DNA of 63,966 nt, counting the filler, from Saprolegnia diclina VS20 (lineage: Eukaryota), in NCBI RefSeq assembly GCF_000281045.1. It is 12 parts of 3 records of this genome, joined end to end, with 100 filler letters (N's around TTAATTAATTAA, not from the genome) between each part and the next. Parts side by side here need not be neighbours in the genome. Positions count along the whole stretch, not along the records: positions 1 to 2,682 come from NW_008246139.1; positions 2,783 to 7,271 come from NW_008246139.1; positions 7,372 to 15,328 come from NW_008246139.1; 9 more parts are not named here. One strand, written 5' to 3'. Below the pieces are notes generated by a model. The model searched no databases and had not been told where the DNA came from. It worked only from the letters and a program-made list of their open reading frames with translations. Position 1 is the stretch's first letter, and each line of letters begins with the position of its first letter. Below are positions 1 through 12,785 of this stretch, in pieces. The position numbers and the translations under genes were made by a program.

Positions 1-1909
1 TCGACGGATGGTCTTCGCCAGCGCAAGACGGCGGCCGCCGAGGCGACGCCCATCGACGACGTCGACTAAGCGACTCTATAGACGTAATATTCCTAGTAAT
101 TCTATATGCTGCCATGGGCACGCGACAACTCGATGGACGTCGACACGCGCTCATAGCTCGGCGTTGGACGGAACGCAGCGTAGAGTTTCAACAACCAGAG
201 CGAGCGCGTCTTGATCAAGGGCATGCATCAGCGCCGAGCGCGAGCGACTGCCAATGTACGGTAGCATACGTGCTTGGAATCGCAGGCGTCGGGGATGGGC
301 AAGCGGCAACATGCGCCGGCCAGCCTCGTCTGCCGTAGTGGGTCGCAGGATCTTTACCCTGGCCGTGAGATCCAGCAATGAGGCTTCAACCCCACACGTG
401 TGCGACGAGTGCCCCATCGATGTCACCGCAGCTATCCACGTCAAGTGCAAGGCAAATAAAGTACGCACTCACCCACCCCGCATCAAACCCTCTCCTCGCA
501 AAAGTACGAGTCTTGAGGAGGCGCGCCGCTTGCTGTCCGTGGCGCACGTCCGGTGTCCAAGCTTCGTGTCGCCCTTAGTACACTGCTGCAAACCGATATT
601 GGCTTGATCATTGCGCGGCTGCTGCTTCGATCGAGGGCCGTAAAAACCCGGGCAGTGACAAGGTCCTGTCGAGCTCGAGGTAGCATTTGCGCTGGCACTC
701 ATCAATGTGGCGGAGAAGCATCTTCGCGTGCTCTGGAGCAACGATGTCGAGGACACTACATGCGTGTGAAACGCTATAGGTAGCATCGGCCCACGAATAC
801 ACTGTAGCTGTAGCGTTTGGCGCATGAGGGTCAACACGTGGTCGTCCTCGAGCTTTGGCGCGTGGTGCTCTGTGATGCGGAGAATTCTGCAGTTGCATGT
901 TGCTGTCCACACGGCCTCGTTCGCGTGCACCCAATCAGCTGGCTCGGTGCAGAGACTCACCTCGAACACATGGTATAATACCTGTGCTCGTCCGTCCAGA
1001 TCGTGAAGTGGAAGAGCTCGTCGAAGCACGCCGCGGCGTCAAACTGGCGCGTGCAGTTGGCAAAAAGCGAGCCGAGACCGGGGTACCTTGTCGTCGGAGC
1101 CACCTTGAGGATTCGAGACGAGGTCCGCGCCCGTGCTACACTTGCGCGGGTGGTCGGGTCGAGGTGAGGCGATATCGACCTTGATCATATAATGTCCACT
1201 TGTTGTCAATGACCCTCGCCACATCGACCTGGAACTAATCGCGTTGTGTGAGCTTCGTGTGCTTCTGCACTTGCGTCAAAGGCTTGGTCTTGCTCTTGGT
1301 CAAAGGATTCAACTGCGTGCCTGTCTTGCGACCAGACGTCGTCTTCGAAAGCGCGAAAGACGTGGGCCAACCGTTGGCGGGTTGTAGTGGTTGGAACGAC
1401 GTCGCGCAGTTGGCTGCTGGCTCGCTCACCTCATTTTAGGCCGCAGTCGCCACAATTTGCTGGCAAGCCATGCGTTGATCTGCTAGGTAGCGTAGCTGTC
1501 CAATGGGACGCGCTGTGATTTGCACAATTCGACCAATCGGTCACCAGCCCTGAAGTCGTCACAGCTTGCGACCGTGGTTGCCAAAGCAACATCACGATCA
1601 CACACATATTGCCGCGTGTTGTCAGGTCGTTCTTTTCATATTTCTATGAACATATTTAAATCGTTTTCAATGTACCGAATAATAAAATATGTGAATATAT
1701 CTATCAATACGGATAGCGTGCATAGCGTGTCTTTTTATCCATAATTTTATTTTCGAATGTAGAAATTGGGATCAAAATAAAACATGTTCAAATCCAACAT
1801 TGCTGTGTGACATCTGGAACCGCCAACGTCGGGCGATCGAAACTGAAACGTTGCTGCTCATCTGCTCGTCTTCGTCAGGAGCTCATTGTCGAATTCGCCA
1901 CGACTAGAC

Positions 1910-2555
1910 ATGGCTCTGACCGCGGAAGAAGTACAACCAAACCGCTGCATGCTCGAACGCTTGAATATTCACGCATGCATGTGTAGAGACTGGTCCGCGA
2001 CGCAGCTCGCAAGGGACAGAAGGACACGGTGCAGCAGGGCTTGCTTAACGGTGTCGACCCAAATGCCTTTGGAGCCGAATCAGTAAGCTTCTCACTTTGA
2101 TCAAGCTTGGCTTATCGATGCATACAGAAATGCCGCTCGCTTCTGCACGAAGCGGTGATTTTCAACCGCTTAGCCATTGTTTTTATGTTGCTTGCTGCCG
2201 GCGCCGACATCAACATGACCACCCATACAGCCGATGTGAGTGTACCCCGCAGCTAGGGATCTGAACTTACCATGTATCCATGGTTTAGAATAAGCGCACC
2301 CCGCTGTACTTTGCTGCACAGTGCAATTGGCTGCCCATCGTCAAGGTGCTTCTCGCGGCGGGAGCCGATGCCTTCGCCGTAACTCAGGTAGAAATCGCAA
2401 AATTGCTCGTCCAGGACAAGATGACACCGTTTTCAAAGGACGGCAAGACGGCTTACCACCGAGCTAAGTCTGAAAAGGACGGCCGCCCAGAAGTGGCAGA
2501 GCTCCTGGCCCAGCATATGAGCCGGCAGAAGCGTGGCCGTCGCCTTCGGCAATAG
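1910..2555 (+). CDS. Small ankyrin-repeat protein, 5 exons
   Basis: Manual GT-AG splicing gives MALTAEE|RLVRDAARKGQKDTVQQGLLNGVDPNAFGAES|KCRSLLHEAVIFNRLAIVFMLLAAGADINMTTHTAD|NKRTPLYFAAQCNWLPIVKVLLAAGADAFAVTQ|DGKTAYHRA...RRLRQ*. Contains TPLxxA and LLxxGAD ankyrin motifs; all introns are phase 0. Confidence 0.8.
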
Positions 2556-2682
2556 CAATATGCAGCGGAAAGTGGTCACTTGGGATAGTCTTGTGCAGAC
2601 AAATGTCGTCGGTGAAGAGCATGCGAGGTCCAAATTTTGTGAAGAGAGGTAGCGACGTGCGGAAGGCCGGGTCCAGCACGTA

Positions 2683-2782
2683 NNNNNNNNNNNNNNNNNN
2701 NNNNNNNNNNNNNNNNNNNNNNNNNNTTAATTAATTAANNNNNNNNNNNNNNNNNNNNNNNNNNNNNNNNNNNNNNNNNNNN
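2683..2782. other. Assembly gap linker (44 N + TTAATTAATTAA + 44 N); identical linkers start at 7272, 15329, 17977, 24241, 25904, 35757, 54381, 57328, 61639 and 62772
   Basis: The same 100-nt construct with stops in all six frames occurs 11 times; artificial. Confidence 0.97.
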
Positions 2783-5700
2783 TGCGACCAGAGTACGTAG
2801 TCACCAACGTGGGCGACAAACTCTTCTTGGTGCGTCTTCGCCGCGGTCTCCCGCGCTAGGCGTTGTTGACGCAGGTCGTCGATCTTCTTGTGGACGTCAA
2901 CCAAACTTGCATGAGCAGCAGCCATCGTGCTGACGACGTCTGGCTTTGTCCAGTCTGCCTGACGGACGAGCTCTCCATCAAAGTCGCGGACCACAATGTC
3001 CAAGTTGGTAGCTGGCACGTGCCCCGTAAAAGCTTGTGTTGGGCACACACCACCAAGCGACTCGACTGGCGTCTGGTTGAGGTTGGCTTGAACCAGCGGT
3101 AGGAGATACTCCCACTGCTCAAGGTTCAGATGGTACTCGCGCAGCATGACCCGCAAAACTTGGAGAATATCGCGGTTCAAGCGCTCGACGGTACCGTTGC
3201 GCCACGGCGTGTAGGTCAAAATGAAATGGTGGTCGACCTTGTAGACTTGGGCCAGCATTGCAACCACTTGGTTCTTGAAGTGACTGCCTTGGTCCGACAC
3301 CCACACAAGGGGCATGTCAAACCGCGCAGCCCACTGCATCAAAGCGTCCACGACCGAGGCCGCGTCCGCCATGTCACACGCCACGAGCTCGCAGTAGTGC
3401 GTCAAGTCGTCTTTGAGCACGAGCACGTACTTGGAGCCCTTGAACGAGTCACCCAAATAGAGGAAATCAAAGTGGATGCCTTCGTTGGGGCGAGACGCAT
3501 GCCAGAGCTGGCTATGCGGGCGTTGAATCACGCGCCCACCCTTCACGTGAGGGCAAAGCAAGCACTGATCCATAAAGGCCGTCAGCTTGACGTCCAGTTG
3601 ATCAAGCCAAAAGAGCCGCTTCAAATGCATCTTCATCGCAAACTTGCTGCGGTGGCCCATCGGTCCACAATGCGCAACAATGAAGAGCCGCTGCTCCAAA
3701 GCCGAGGCGTCACTGGGGATCCAAATGACATCCTTGTCGGCCGACTTGATCATCCAGAGATCCAACGTCGTGTTGAACGTCGCGAAGTCCGGTACGTCGT
3801 CTTGTCTCTGTGCAACCTTGATGTCGAACAAGCTCGGCCATTCAAAGCCTTCTTCGTCCAGAGGTCGCAGCGTCCCGCTCTTGGGTAAAGTTTTCTTCCT
3901 CTTCTTCTTCATGGTCAGACGATGCAAACGGGCCCGCTCGCGCTCGTCTTCTTCCATCTTGGCTGCACCTTCCGGCGGCTTCCGTTGCACGGCCTTGTCT
4001 TTTGCATGGCCCCATCGCGACATCATGTCTGCCCAGACGTTGTGCTCGCCATCGATATGCTCGATCGTGTAGCGGTAGGGCGTAATGTAGCTGGCCCATC
4101 GCGCAAGCTTGCCACGCTGTCCGGGCTTCCATTCTTGACCGGGCGCAAAGACGTTGATGAGGTTCTTGTGGTCGGTGTAGATGCGGAATCCACGCGGCCG
4201 CATGAGAAGATACTCAAAGTCGAGGCACGCCTTGACAATCGGGTATGCTTCTTGCTCGATCACGCTCCACTTGCGCTGAGCACCTTTCCACACGCCAGAG
4301 ATACACGCGACCAATTCGTGCTGCAACGTCCACACAGGCACGCTATCGTTGAACTTCTTCACTTGCGTGATGATGATCGAGAAGCCGTCGCCCGAGGCGT
4401 CGAGAAACATGAGGAGCTCAGCATCCTGATCAGGATGTGCCAGCTGAGCTGCATTGGCCAAAGCTTCTTTGACCGCGTCCCATGCCGCCTTCTCTTCTGT
4501 CGAGAGCTCAACTGCGACAGCCGTAGCCACGCGCTTCTTGCGCGTTGGCTTGCCCGCGAGAACGTCGTCCAGCCGCTGCTGGAGCGGCATCACCGTCAGC
4601 GCAAATCCCGGGACAGAATCGCGCATCCAGTTGGTCGCGCAGACAAACTGTTGAAGCTGCCCGCCGTTGCTTGGGTAAGGCAGCGCCAGCAACGATGCAA
4701 TACGCTCCGGATCGTGGCGAACGCCTTGGCCGCTGATCAAGCGACCGCACCACTTGATCTCTTTCTTGTAGAGCGTACACTTGTTGGGGTTGAGCTTGAG
4801 GTTGTACTTCTGGCACATCGCAAAGAAGCGATCGAGGGCGTCGAGAAAGTCGTCAATGGTCTTGGCGAAGACCAAAACGTCGTCAATCCAGATGAGGAGA
4901 CATACGTAAAGGAGGCCTTCCTCGTCCGCCATGTTGACCATCGTGTTCTGGAAATACAGCGCCGAGTCCACGTGTCCTTGCATGACGCGGGTAGGCGTGC
5001 AAACCATGGTGTCCAGCAAAAACGAGAGGACCTCACGGCATCGCTTCGCTAGCGGCATCTGCCAGAAGCCCTTGAGCAAGTCAAAGATGCCGAAGAACTG
5101 CGCGTCCTTGAGCTTGCCCATGATGACCGACAAAAACGGCATAAACGCCGCCATTGGCACAGTCATTGCGTTGACGCGCCGATAGTCGATCGTAAGCCGG
5201 AAGTAACGCAAAAGGTCTTCGTCGGACCATTCATTAAGGGGCTTGCGGATCGCCTTGCCCTCCGGCTTCAACACTGGGTTGCTCGGGCTGCAGAACGCCG
5301 ATCGGTTGTTCTTCTCGATCACGCCGTCCCGCAAAAGTTGGCGACCGAACAAATGCACAAAGCGCTCTTGGTACGGGTTGAGTTTGCGACCCGCACAGCT
5401 GTATGGGCTCGCATCCGGCTTGAGCTTGATGTCCATCGGCTCGACATCGGCTGGTGGATCTGTGCCGCGGAAGACTGCGCGCCAAATCTCGTAGCTCTTG
5501 ACGATCTTCTCGAGCCGTTCATAACGCTCCGCGGGGAAGCCTTCCAAGACCGAGCGAGCCAGCATGCTCTCAATTGCAGCAGCATCTTCTCGATCGAGAC
5601 GGTCCGTGTCAAGCGTGTCGTCGACCCGCATCGCGTTGAGCTCCGCAGCGAGGTCTTCGAGGTCATCGTCATCACGCCATAGATCGTCTCCGTCATCCGG

Positions 5701-7125
5701 GCTGACCGAAGGGAACTGCCCAACGGCCACTTGCTCAAGGAGACGTTCGAGATCGATGCCGAGCATCACAAGCACGTCGTTCGACACCAAAAACTCGTCA
5801 CCTTGATCGACAACGTAGCATGCCTGCAAACCAGGCACGTTGACGGGACCGGCAGCCGTGTGGAGCTGCAGATGCAATTGAACCTTCTTGTCCAGCTGCA
5901 ACGCCGTCTTGCCCACAGCCACCCCAAGCTGAGGTTGGTCCAAATTGATGACTTCAAGGTTGGGCATCTTCTGCTTGAGCTGCTCGACCATCTTGGCGGG
6001 AATGATGTTCAGACCGCAACCACTGTCCGGCACGCAAGGCACGTCAAGAACGCTGTTGAGCGTCAAAACCATGTGGCCTTCGTTGCCCGAAAGGAGCTGG
6101 TCGAGACCAGAGGCTCGGAGGTGACTCAACTTGGTCTTCTTCTTGTCACCTTTCCCGTTGCCTTCGTTGCCGCCTTGTTTGCTGCCGTCGCCGCCTCCGC
6201 CACGACGACTGCCCTTCCAGTTCTTCTTGACAGCAATCTCCTTCTGCTTGGCGTTCGAACTCGGGCAGTCCCGCAATTTGTGCTTCTTGCTGCCGCAGTG
6301 CCAGCACGGACGTTCCATGCCTTCGTTCTTGCTTTCTTGTTGCACTGGCGGCTTGTTGTCCTTCTGCTTGAACTTGCGCTTCTTCTTCCCGCGCACACCT
6401 TGCTGCTCCTCGTGCGACGGTTTCTCGTCTTCGTCGGACGACTCCTTGTCACGAAGACGCTTCGTCTTGGGGCTCCACGACTTGTAGAGAAGCGCTCGCT
6501 TGAAGATGATCTTCCCGAGGTGCTTGAGGCCAGCCTGTTTATTGGCCGCCATCTTCTCATCCATCAGCTGCTGAACGTCCGTCTGTAGCTCTTGGGGACG
6601 GAGCCGATCGACAAGTGCCTTGAAGATCTTGACCTTGAGCTTGTAGTTCTTGAGCTTCTCGCTGAGGCCATGCTCTTCAATCATTTGAGAGGCCTTGAAA
6701 ACAAAGCTGTTGACCCGCTCTTCGATGTCTTCTTCGTTGTGGTCGAGGGCGAGCGAGCTGAAAACCTTGTCGTACGTGAGCACCGTCTTGTTGGTCTCCT
6801 TGTCGATGATCCCGTTGATCGCGCCCCAAAGCTCGTTTTCAGGCACGTTCAGCAAGTTGTAGTCGTCCCAGAGGCCCCACTTGTTTTTCATCAGGAACTC
6901 GAGATACCCCACGGGAGCGAACGAGTCGCGGATCGGAACACACGTCGATGCGTAGCTCCGGTTCGTTCGCTGGCATTCGCGCCGCATCGAGGTCTCGTAT
7001 TCGAGACGTGCCCGCTTCCACACGACCACGTCGCGGCGGGCGATGCTCTTGAACTCGGGATGCACCAGCTGCGATAGCACGACGACGCCGCTCATCGCCA
7101 TCGCCGCTTGTCCTGAGGCCGTCAT
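2783..7125 (-). CDS. Gag-Pol polyprotein (3' end lost in gap)
   Basis: CCHC knuckle CWHCGSKKHKLRDC; protease PDSG; RT (RLTIDYR, FDLLKGFWQ, WIDD); RNase H (FLDAS, EQEAY, TDHKNL, ADMMSR); integrase (H-x5-H...CLLC, HFDF, SDQG, VERLNR). Uninterrupted over ~1450 codons. Confidence 0.93.
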
Positions 7126-7271
7126 GTCTTCTTCTTGAGCGAAACCTGATCGCTGCTTGGTCGCTAAAGTCGACTTTGTGACCGTTTCCGCCTTCAAACG
7201 CCAGACAAAGGGAGGCCGTACTCCCAAACACCGGCGTGTGTACTAAGAGGCAAATAGGAAACTAAAGCTAG
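2783..7271 (-). mobile_element. Ty3/Gypsy LTR retrotransposon (internal region plus probable 3' part of the 5' LTR), cut by gaps at both ends
   Basis: Single gag-pol ORF with domain order PR-RT-RH-IN. A probable LTR end ...GGTCACA (plus-strand TGTGACC at 7177) lies ~50 nt upstream of the ATG. Confidence 0.93.
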
Positions 7272-7371
7272 NNNNNNNNNNNNNNNNNNNNNNNNNNNNN
7301 NNNNNNNNNNNNNNNTTAATTAATTAANNNNNNNNNNNNNNNNNNNNNNNNNNNNNNNNNNNNNNNNNNNN

Positions 7372-9122
7372 GTGGCAAACGTCACAGACACCATCATGAC
7401 CCTCTTGGTGCGCAACAGCAATGGTGCCCAAGATCAATTCGCTTCCATGACGTTGATCAGCGCCTTGACGTTCGTGCCGATAGCCATCGACAAGGCTCGG
7501 TTCCTCTCCGGCGGTGGCAACCTCCTCTGCGGTGCGCTGCAAACTCCCATCAACTTAACATCCAGCATGGCGACGTTCACCGGCAGCGATGTGCTCTGCG
7601 GTGCGGGCGGCGACGAGCGAGCAAGTACAAATCCCATGCAAATGGTGTTTGCAGCGATCGTGTCTGGCACGGTCTTGGCGCCAAAGAGTCTCGTTTCGAT
7701 GGCGTGCGGCGCCGAAGTGCTCACGCCACCCGGCTGCGACGCGTCCGTCGATAGCGCTACGACCTTTGCAGCCACGTACGTTGATGCCGACACGCTTCAA
7801 ACAATGCGCAGTCAATCGATTGCGGCCCAAGCCAGTGTTGTCGCCGTGAACGTGGGCTATGCCCAGTACCTCTTGGACACCGTCTTGTACGAGGCCGAGC
7901 TATTTTTTCAGCCGCTTTTGGATAAGAGCGAGCCGAGTTTGCACTTTGTGAGCTGGATGCTGCTCCACGACTGGGTGACGGGCACGCGCGAAGTGCTTCG
8001 ATTTCAACGGGATGGCGACTATCATTGGCGCCAGCGCCATTGAGCTGCCTCGAAACGTGGCCACGTATCTTCGCACGTTGTGCCAGTACATTTCCAGCGT
8101 CCTTGCGAGCCTCGATTTTGTATGGTGTGGCTACACGCTTCTAAACGGCTTGACAACCGAGCCCAAGAACCTCTTCCTCATCAATCGCGTCGGCGCGCTT
8201 GTTTGGCTCGGCCGACCGCTCCTCATGGTCCGCGCGTTCACGGCCCTTTGCATTCTCTGCTCGGCAACGCTCCAGCTGCGCAAGGCGGGGGGTGTCACGA
8301 TCGCCGTCGCAACCCGAGACGACGTGAGTCCACTTCTCGTCGTTGTTTTGAAAGTGCTTGCCTCGGGCGAGCTCGGCTGGCTCGTGCACATTTTCGAAGA
8401 CATTGGGATGGTGCTCACACGCGAGTTTGCGGCCATATACACCAAGCGCACTGCACTTCTCACGTGGATCCTTGCCAGCGCCTTGAGCTTTGCGCGTCCC
8501 GTCGAGCACGTTGCGCACGTGCAGCCCATTTGCAGGTTGGTGGACNNNNNNNNNNNNNNNNNNNNNNNNNNNNNNNNNNNNNNNNNNNNNNNNNNNNNNN
8601 NNNNNNNNNNNNNNNNNNNNNNNNNNNNNNNNNNNNNNNNNNNNNCTTCTCACGTGGATCCTTGCCAGCGCCTTGAGCTTTGCGCGTCCCGTCGAGCACG
8701 TTGCGCACGTGCAGCCCATTTGCAGGTTGGTGGACATGGATTTGCAGCTGTCGTGTCGCTCGGGCGTCGTCAGCATTGGGTCGCCCACGCGCATGCTCGC
8801 GCTGATTGCGATTGCGCTCAGCGTCTCGACAAGTGCCTATGTTGTGACGCGCCTCCGTGTCCCGCGGCCGATCTGCAACGAACGCGACTCGCATTTGATG
8901 TCGTGTGGCGCCAAGTACCTTTTTCACAATACGAATTGGGTCTCGGAGTCGGGCGTTCTGCATCTGGATTACGCGTCGGCTGCGCTCACGGGCCTGCTCA
9001 TTTGGCCACTTGGCAGCCACAAACTGTTGGTGTTTGACGTCAAGACGTGGCGAACGCTGGTCGTGCCACGATCGGTGACGCTACCGCGTCACCTGGCGCG
9101 CGCCGTGCCGGTGGTCGAGTAG
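7372..9122 (+). CDS. C-terminal part of a large multi-pass membrane protein of a family expanded in Saprolegniales; apparent frameshift near 8005
   Basis: ORFs 7372-8043, 8012-> and ->9122 join through motifs DWVTGTREVLRF, NRVGALVWLGRPLL, GELGWLV, DYASAALTGLL and FDVKTWR, with hydrophobic helices. Family assignment is from recall. Confidence 0.6.
8456..8735. other. Unmerged contig overlap around a 100-N gap
   Basis: 8456-8545 is repeated exactly at 8646-8735; collapsing the two copies restores the reading frame. Confidence 0.9.
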
Positions 9123-9378
9123 CGCCATGAACACGTTGCATGCATTTTGGGGCGACCGTGGTATCCCTTTGGCGAGACGCGAGCACCCCCAAAGCCGACA
9201 AGTTGATCACGAACCGAATCCAGGAAAAGGCTGCGTTTGGCAAAATGTGGTTGACGTAACTGTGCATCGTATACATCATGTGCAACCATTGCAATCATTT
9301 CTCGCACAAAATGCTCCCTGTGTCGATCGTGTTATAACGTCTCTCGAAGTCAGTGCGAGCACTCGCTCTCACGCTTCA

Positions 9379-12300
9379 CTACGCTGTGCCGTCAGTGGGC
9401 AGCGCGCCCATCGAGCGTCGGACCATCGCTGCTCGCTTTTGCTTGCTCACGCTTGCAATGTCTCTGGCTTGGACGTCGTCCAAAAAGAGTCGGCCGAAAA
9501 ATGAGAGCACGAGGTCGAGTACCGCGTCCGGCAGCGTCGCCAAGCGCGTGCCGTGGACCGTATCGTCGAGGAATTGAGCTTTTTGCTGCGGAAACACTTC
9601 GGCTGTCGACAACAGCGCGTCAACGTCGGGCGAGACACAGTGCCACGTCAGCACTTTGCAGTGGCCAGGCCCACTCGCGTCTACTGGCGTCAGCACGAAC
9701 CGATACGCGGCAGCGCACTGGAGAATCAGCACACGCGACGCATGCGCCGTCACATGGCCCGTCACTTGGGTTTGGACAACGTCACGGTTCGGACAATGCA
9801 CCTAGTACCGATGCAGTCCATGAGAGACATGACACAGTGTCGTTGAGTCTACCTCGATAGCAGGATCATTCAGACTCGGACACGTTCGCGCGTACGCAAA
9901 GGTCTCTGCCAACTCGACACGCACGACGACATTCCGCACGTCGTAGAAGACGAGCGCTGTGCGGCTGACACCTTCGTTGACCGCCCCGGTGGTCCGCTGC
10001 CACGGTGTAACAGTAGGCGCCGTCGTCGCGCGATAGCCTTGGACGCCGCAGTAGACTTGACGGCGCGACGGCGGGCCAAACACCGACCGCGTTGAAATCG
10101 GCTGGAACTTGAAGCCTTTGGCGCGCGGCAGCTCGGGTACCACCGCTGCTTTCACCGTGGCGTGGCTAGCAGCCTTTTTCGAGAGCCGGATCCGGGGCCG
10201 CGAGTCTTCGACGTGAAAGGTCTCTGCGTGGTTCACGAGCGGCAGCACCAACGAGAGCGAGTCCGAGAGCGTCTCGTACAGCGCTTTCATCGATACGGGA
10301 ATGTTGTTGAGATAGCTGTCAAGCGTCGCACGCCCCGTCAGCGCGTCCCACGTCACTGGCGTCGGCAAAAACTGTTCCAAATCACACGTCACCGAGCTCC
10401 ACTCGCTCTGGTCGACGCGCGACGATGGCGCCTTTGCAGTGGGCACACCGAGCCGCCCACCGTGCTGCGTCACATAGTACAGCGTACGGTCATAGACCAC
10501 GCCGTACAGTGCTGGGTCGACAACGTCGAGGCGAGGACCGTCCCATTGCGCAGTTGCTTCGAGCGGCGCTAGTTGGTGCATCAGCGTCGCGTGCACCGCG
10601 GCTATCTTGGGGTCGTCGAGGAAGAAGACACCGCGCGTCGTCGTCGCCGTCATCCCAAAGAGCTCTTGCGATTTGCGAAAGTTGACTTCGGCTCGAAGCA
10701 AGGCGAGACCGTCGCGCGTCAACCCGGTTGTTGGACGCGGCGACGTTGGGTCGTCCAGCGCCGACGAGAGAGCCATCATGTACTGCAGCTCAAGCCGTGA
10801 ATACGCCGTGAAGCCTTCGTACGACGCGTGCCAAAGCGACCAGACGTAGGTTTTCGGAAGCGCCGGGTGAAAGTAGAGGTCCTCGATCGAAAGCTTGGGT
10901 GGCGCGGGAAAACCGGCGCGGAGCAACGTGACTGCGATCGCTCGTTGCAGGTTCGGAAGCGCAACGTCAAGTGCTGACTTGCCGTTCTAGTTCCAAGGGC
11001 GTTTGAGGCTGAGATTGAGATTCAGCAACGTACGTGGCGCTCGGAGATTGCATCCAAGGTGACGGGCACAAGGAGGCGGACGCTCTCTGCGTACTCGCCC
11101 AGGCATGCGAGATACAGCGGCGAGACGCCGTTCTGAACATGATTCGGTGTCGTCAGTTGATAAGCATGCACTGCATACCTCGTTGTGCTGGTTCGGGTCG
11201 GCGCCAAGGCGAAGCAGGAGTGCGACGCGCTCTGCGTCACGGACGGCATATGCCAAGAAGGGCTACAACGACGATCCATGTCGCGTCATCTCATACAAAG
11301 AGAAGCGACCTTGGATGTCATGTTGGCCTTGGACGCAATCCGTTCTAGAGACTCGAGTTGGACGCAGTCGTCGCCGATGGCCAGCGCGAGGGCGTCATTG
11401 TAAAACTAGGCCAAATAATCTCAACTAAAGTCGTTGACAAATTTGTACTACCTCTTGAGGCATGTCGCTGCCATAGGTCAAAAGCACCTCGATCGTCAAA
11501 GGTTCTGGGAACGTTGCAATCGCTGCACGCAAGGCGCACACGTTGCCGGAAAAGCCTGCCTACAGTTGTCAATACATCAAGTCAAATTCGACGAGAGTTT
11601 GCACAACCTCGTCGACGTAGTTGACGTTGGCGTAGGGCGCGAGGAAGCGCGCGCCTGTTTGATCACCTTTTTGGAGTAAGCATGTGAGCAGCGGCACGTT
11701 CGCCGACTAGACATCCCGAGTAGGGTTAGGGTCCGCGACAGAATGGAAGGACTACGTAGGCGTAACAAACAGCATTGGGGTTGCCACCGAGCTCGATGTA
11801 CAACTGCAAGAGGGGCAGGTCCAGCACCAAGAGCTCTGCATCCTACAGTCGCACGTTTTTCGTGTGAAAAAGGCGAGTGTCCTATAGAGAAATGACGATA
11901 CAATGTCTTCGGCGCGCAGACCAAAAGGCACGAGCAAGCGAATGCGGTCGATATTGGGCGCAAACCAAAAGACGGCGTGTTTGGCATTCTAAAAACACGC
12001 ACTTTTCGCACAAATCACAAGCCGATGACCCACCGAAGCTGTCAACGCGCCGGCATGAAGGAGCACTGTGGCCATGGCGGCAATGTCGATGTCGTCGTCG
12101 AGCGCGTTGAGTGCCGTGAGCGGCGTCGACTTGTCCTAGAGGATTCGAGTCGCATCGTTTCAGATCATTTTCAAAAGTACCTCCATCGTGTACAGAACGT
12201 CAGCGCCTGCCGCGACAAGGCGGACAATTACGTCATGCAAGCCGTGGTAGCAAGCTGCGTACAATGGGCACGGTGACTCCTGCCTCTTAAACGTCAGAGG

Positions 12301-12785
12301 CAAACAGAAGAGGCGCCTTGACGTACGTGCGTAGAGCCGTTGGGACTGGCGCCGAGCTCAAGCAGCGTCAGTGCGGCCGCTTGGTTCTTCTGCATGATGG
12401 CAGTGTACAGCGGCGTCCAAGCGTTCTAGCCGAGAATGAGACGCCAAGAAATGTGGATAATTTGCTACATCGTCCAAGAGGTCAACGGAAGGCAAGCGCG
12501 CAGCAAGCAGCCGCAAACCAGAAAGGCTGCCGTGAGCTACTGCAAGGTGCAGCGCTGTGGCGCCCGACTACAGTTGCGGATAAAGCGACGACCTCATGGA
12601 CGGGTGAGTGTACGTCATCGAGTGCGCCGCTCACGTCCAGCGTGTCTGGGACTTTGGCGCCTGCATCGTTCAACCACGTTTGCACTGCATGCTAGACGCA
12701 TGTACACTCTCAAGGGATGTAGCGTCCAAGGCGGTCAGCCTACCTTGCGCTCTTGCTGCGCCTCCTCGTCGTTGGTGCTGTCCAT
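9379..12785 (-). CDS. Ankyrin-repeat + DUF4246-like protein, ~15 exons
   Basis: Spliced exons include MDSTNDEEAQQERK, SGATALHLAVAHG, NAWTPLYTAIMQ...LLELGASPN, PLYAACYHG...LVAAGADV, LLLRLGADPN and NGVSPLYLAC. Exon NGKSALDVA is in frame with ORF 9802-10926, which carries DUF4246-type motifs LDVVDPALYGVVYDRT, SYLNNI and NEGVSRTALVFYD; the last exon has PGHCKVL. Confidence 0.7.

Noticed and set aside
1..1440. Minus-strand coding-like fragments, including MGHSSH (resembling the pogo DDE motif DGHSSH)
   Set aside because: Frames break with stops and shifts, the catalytic Asp is absent and no other transposase motif is visible. Possibly a decayed gene, but unassignable.
1630..1800. AT-rich island
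   Set aside because: Consistent with ordinary intergenic/promoter DNA; no repeat structure found.
2727..2738. Recurring TTAATTAATTAA palindrome
   Set aside because: Always centred in a 100-nt N block, so it is an artificial stop linker. At 35757 only ~2 nt of the kinase are missing across it.
3130..7077. Long plus-strand ORFs opposite gag-pol (and similar antisense ORFs across the window)
   Set aside because: Shadow ORFs caused by GC-rich codon bias; no motifs.
7209..7225. GGGAGTACGGCC resembles a conserved bacterial 16S rRNA segment
   Set aside because: Only ~12 nt match, with no rRNA context.
8456..8735. Apparent 90-bp tandem duplication
   Set aside because: Exact copies flanking a gap; an unmerged contig overlap.
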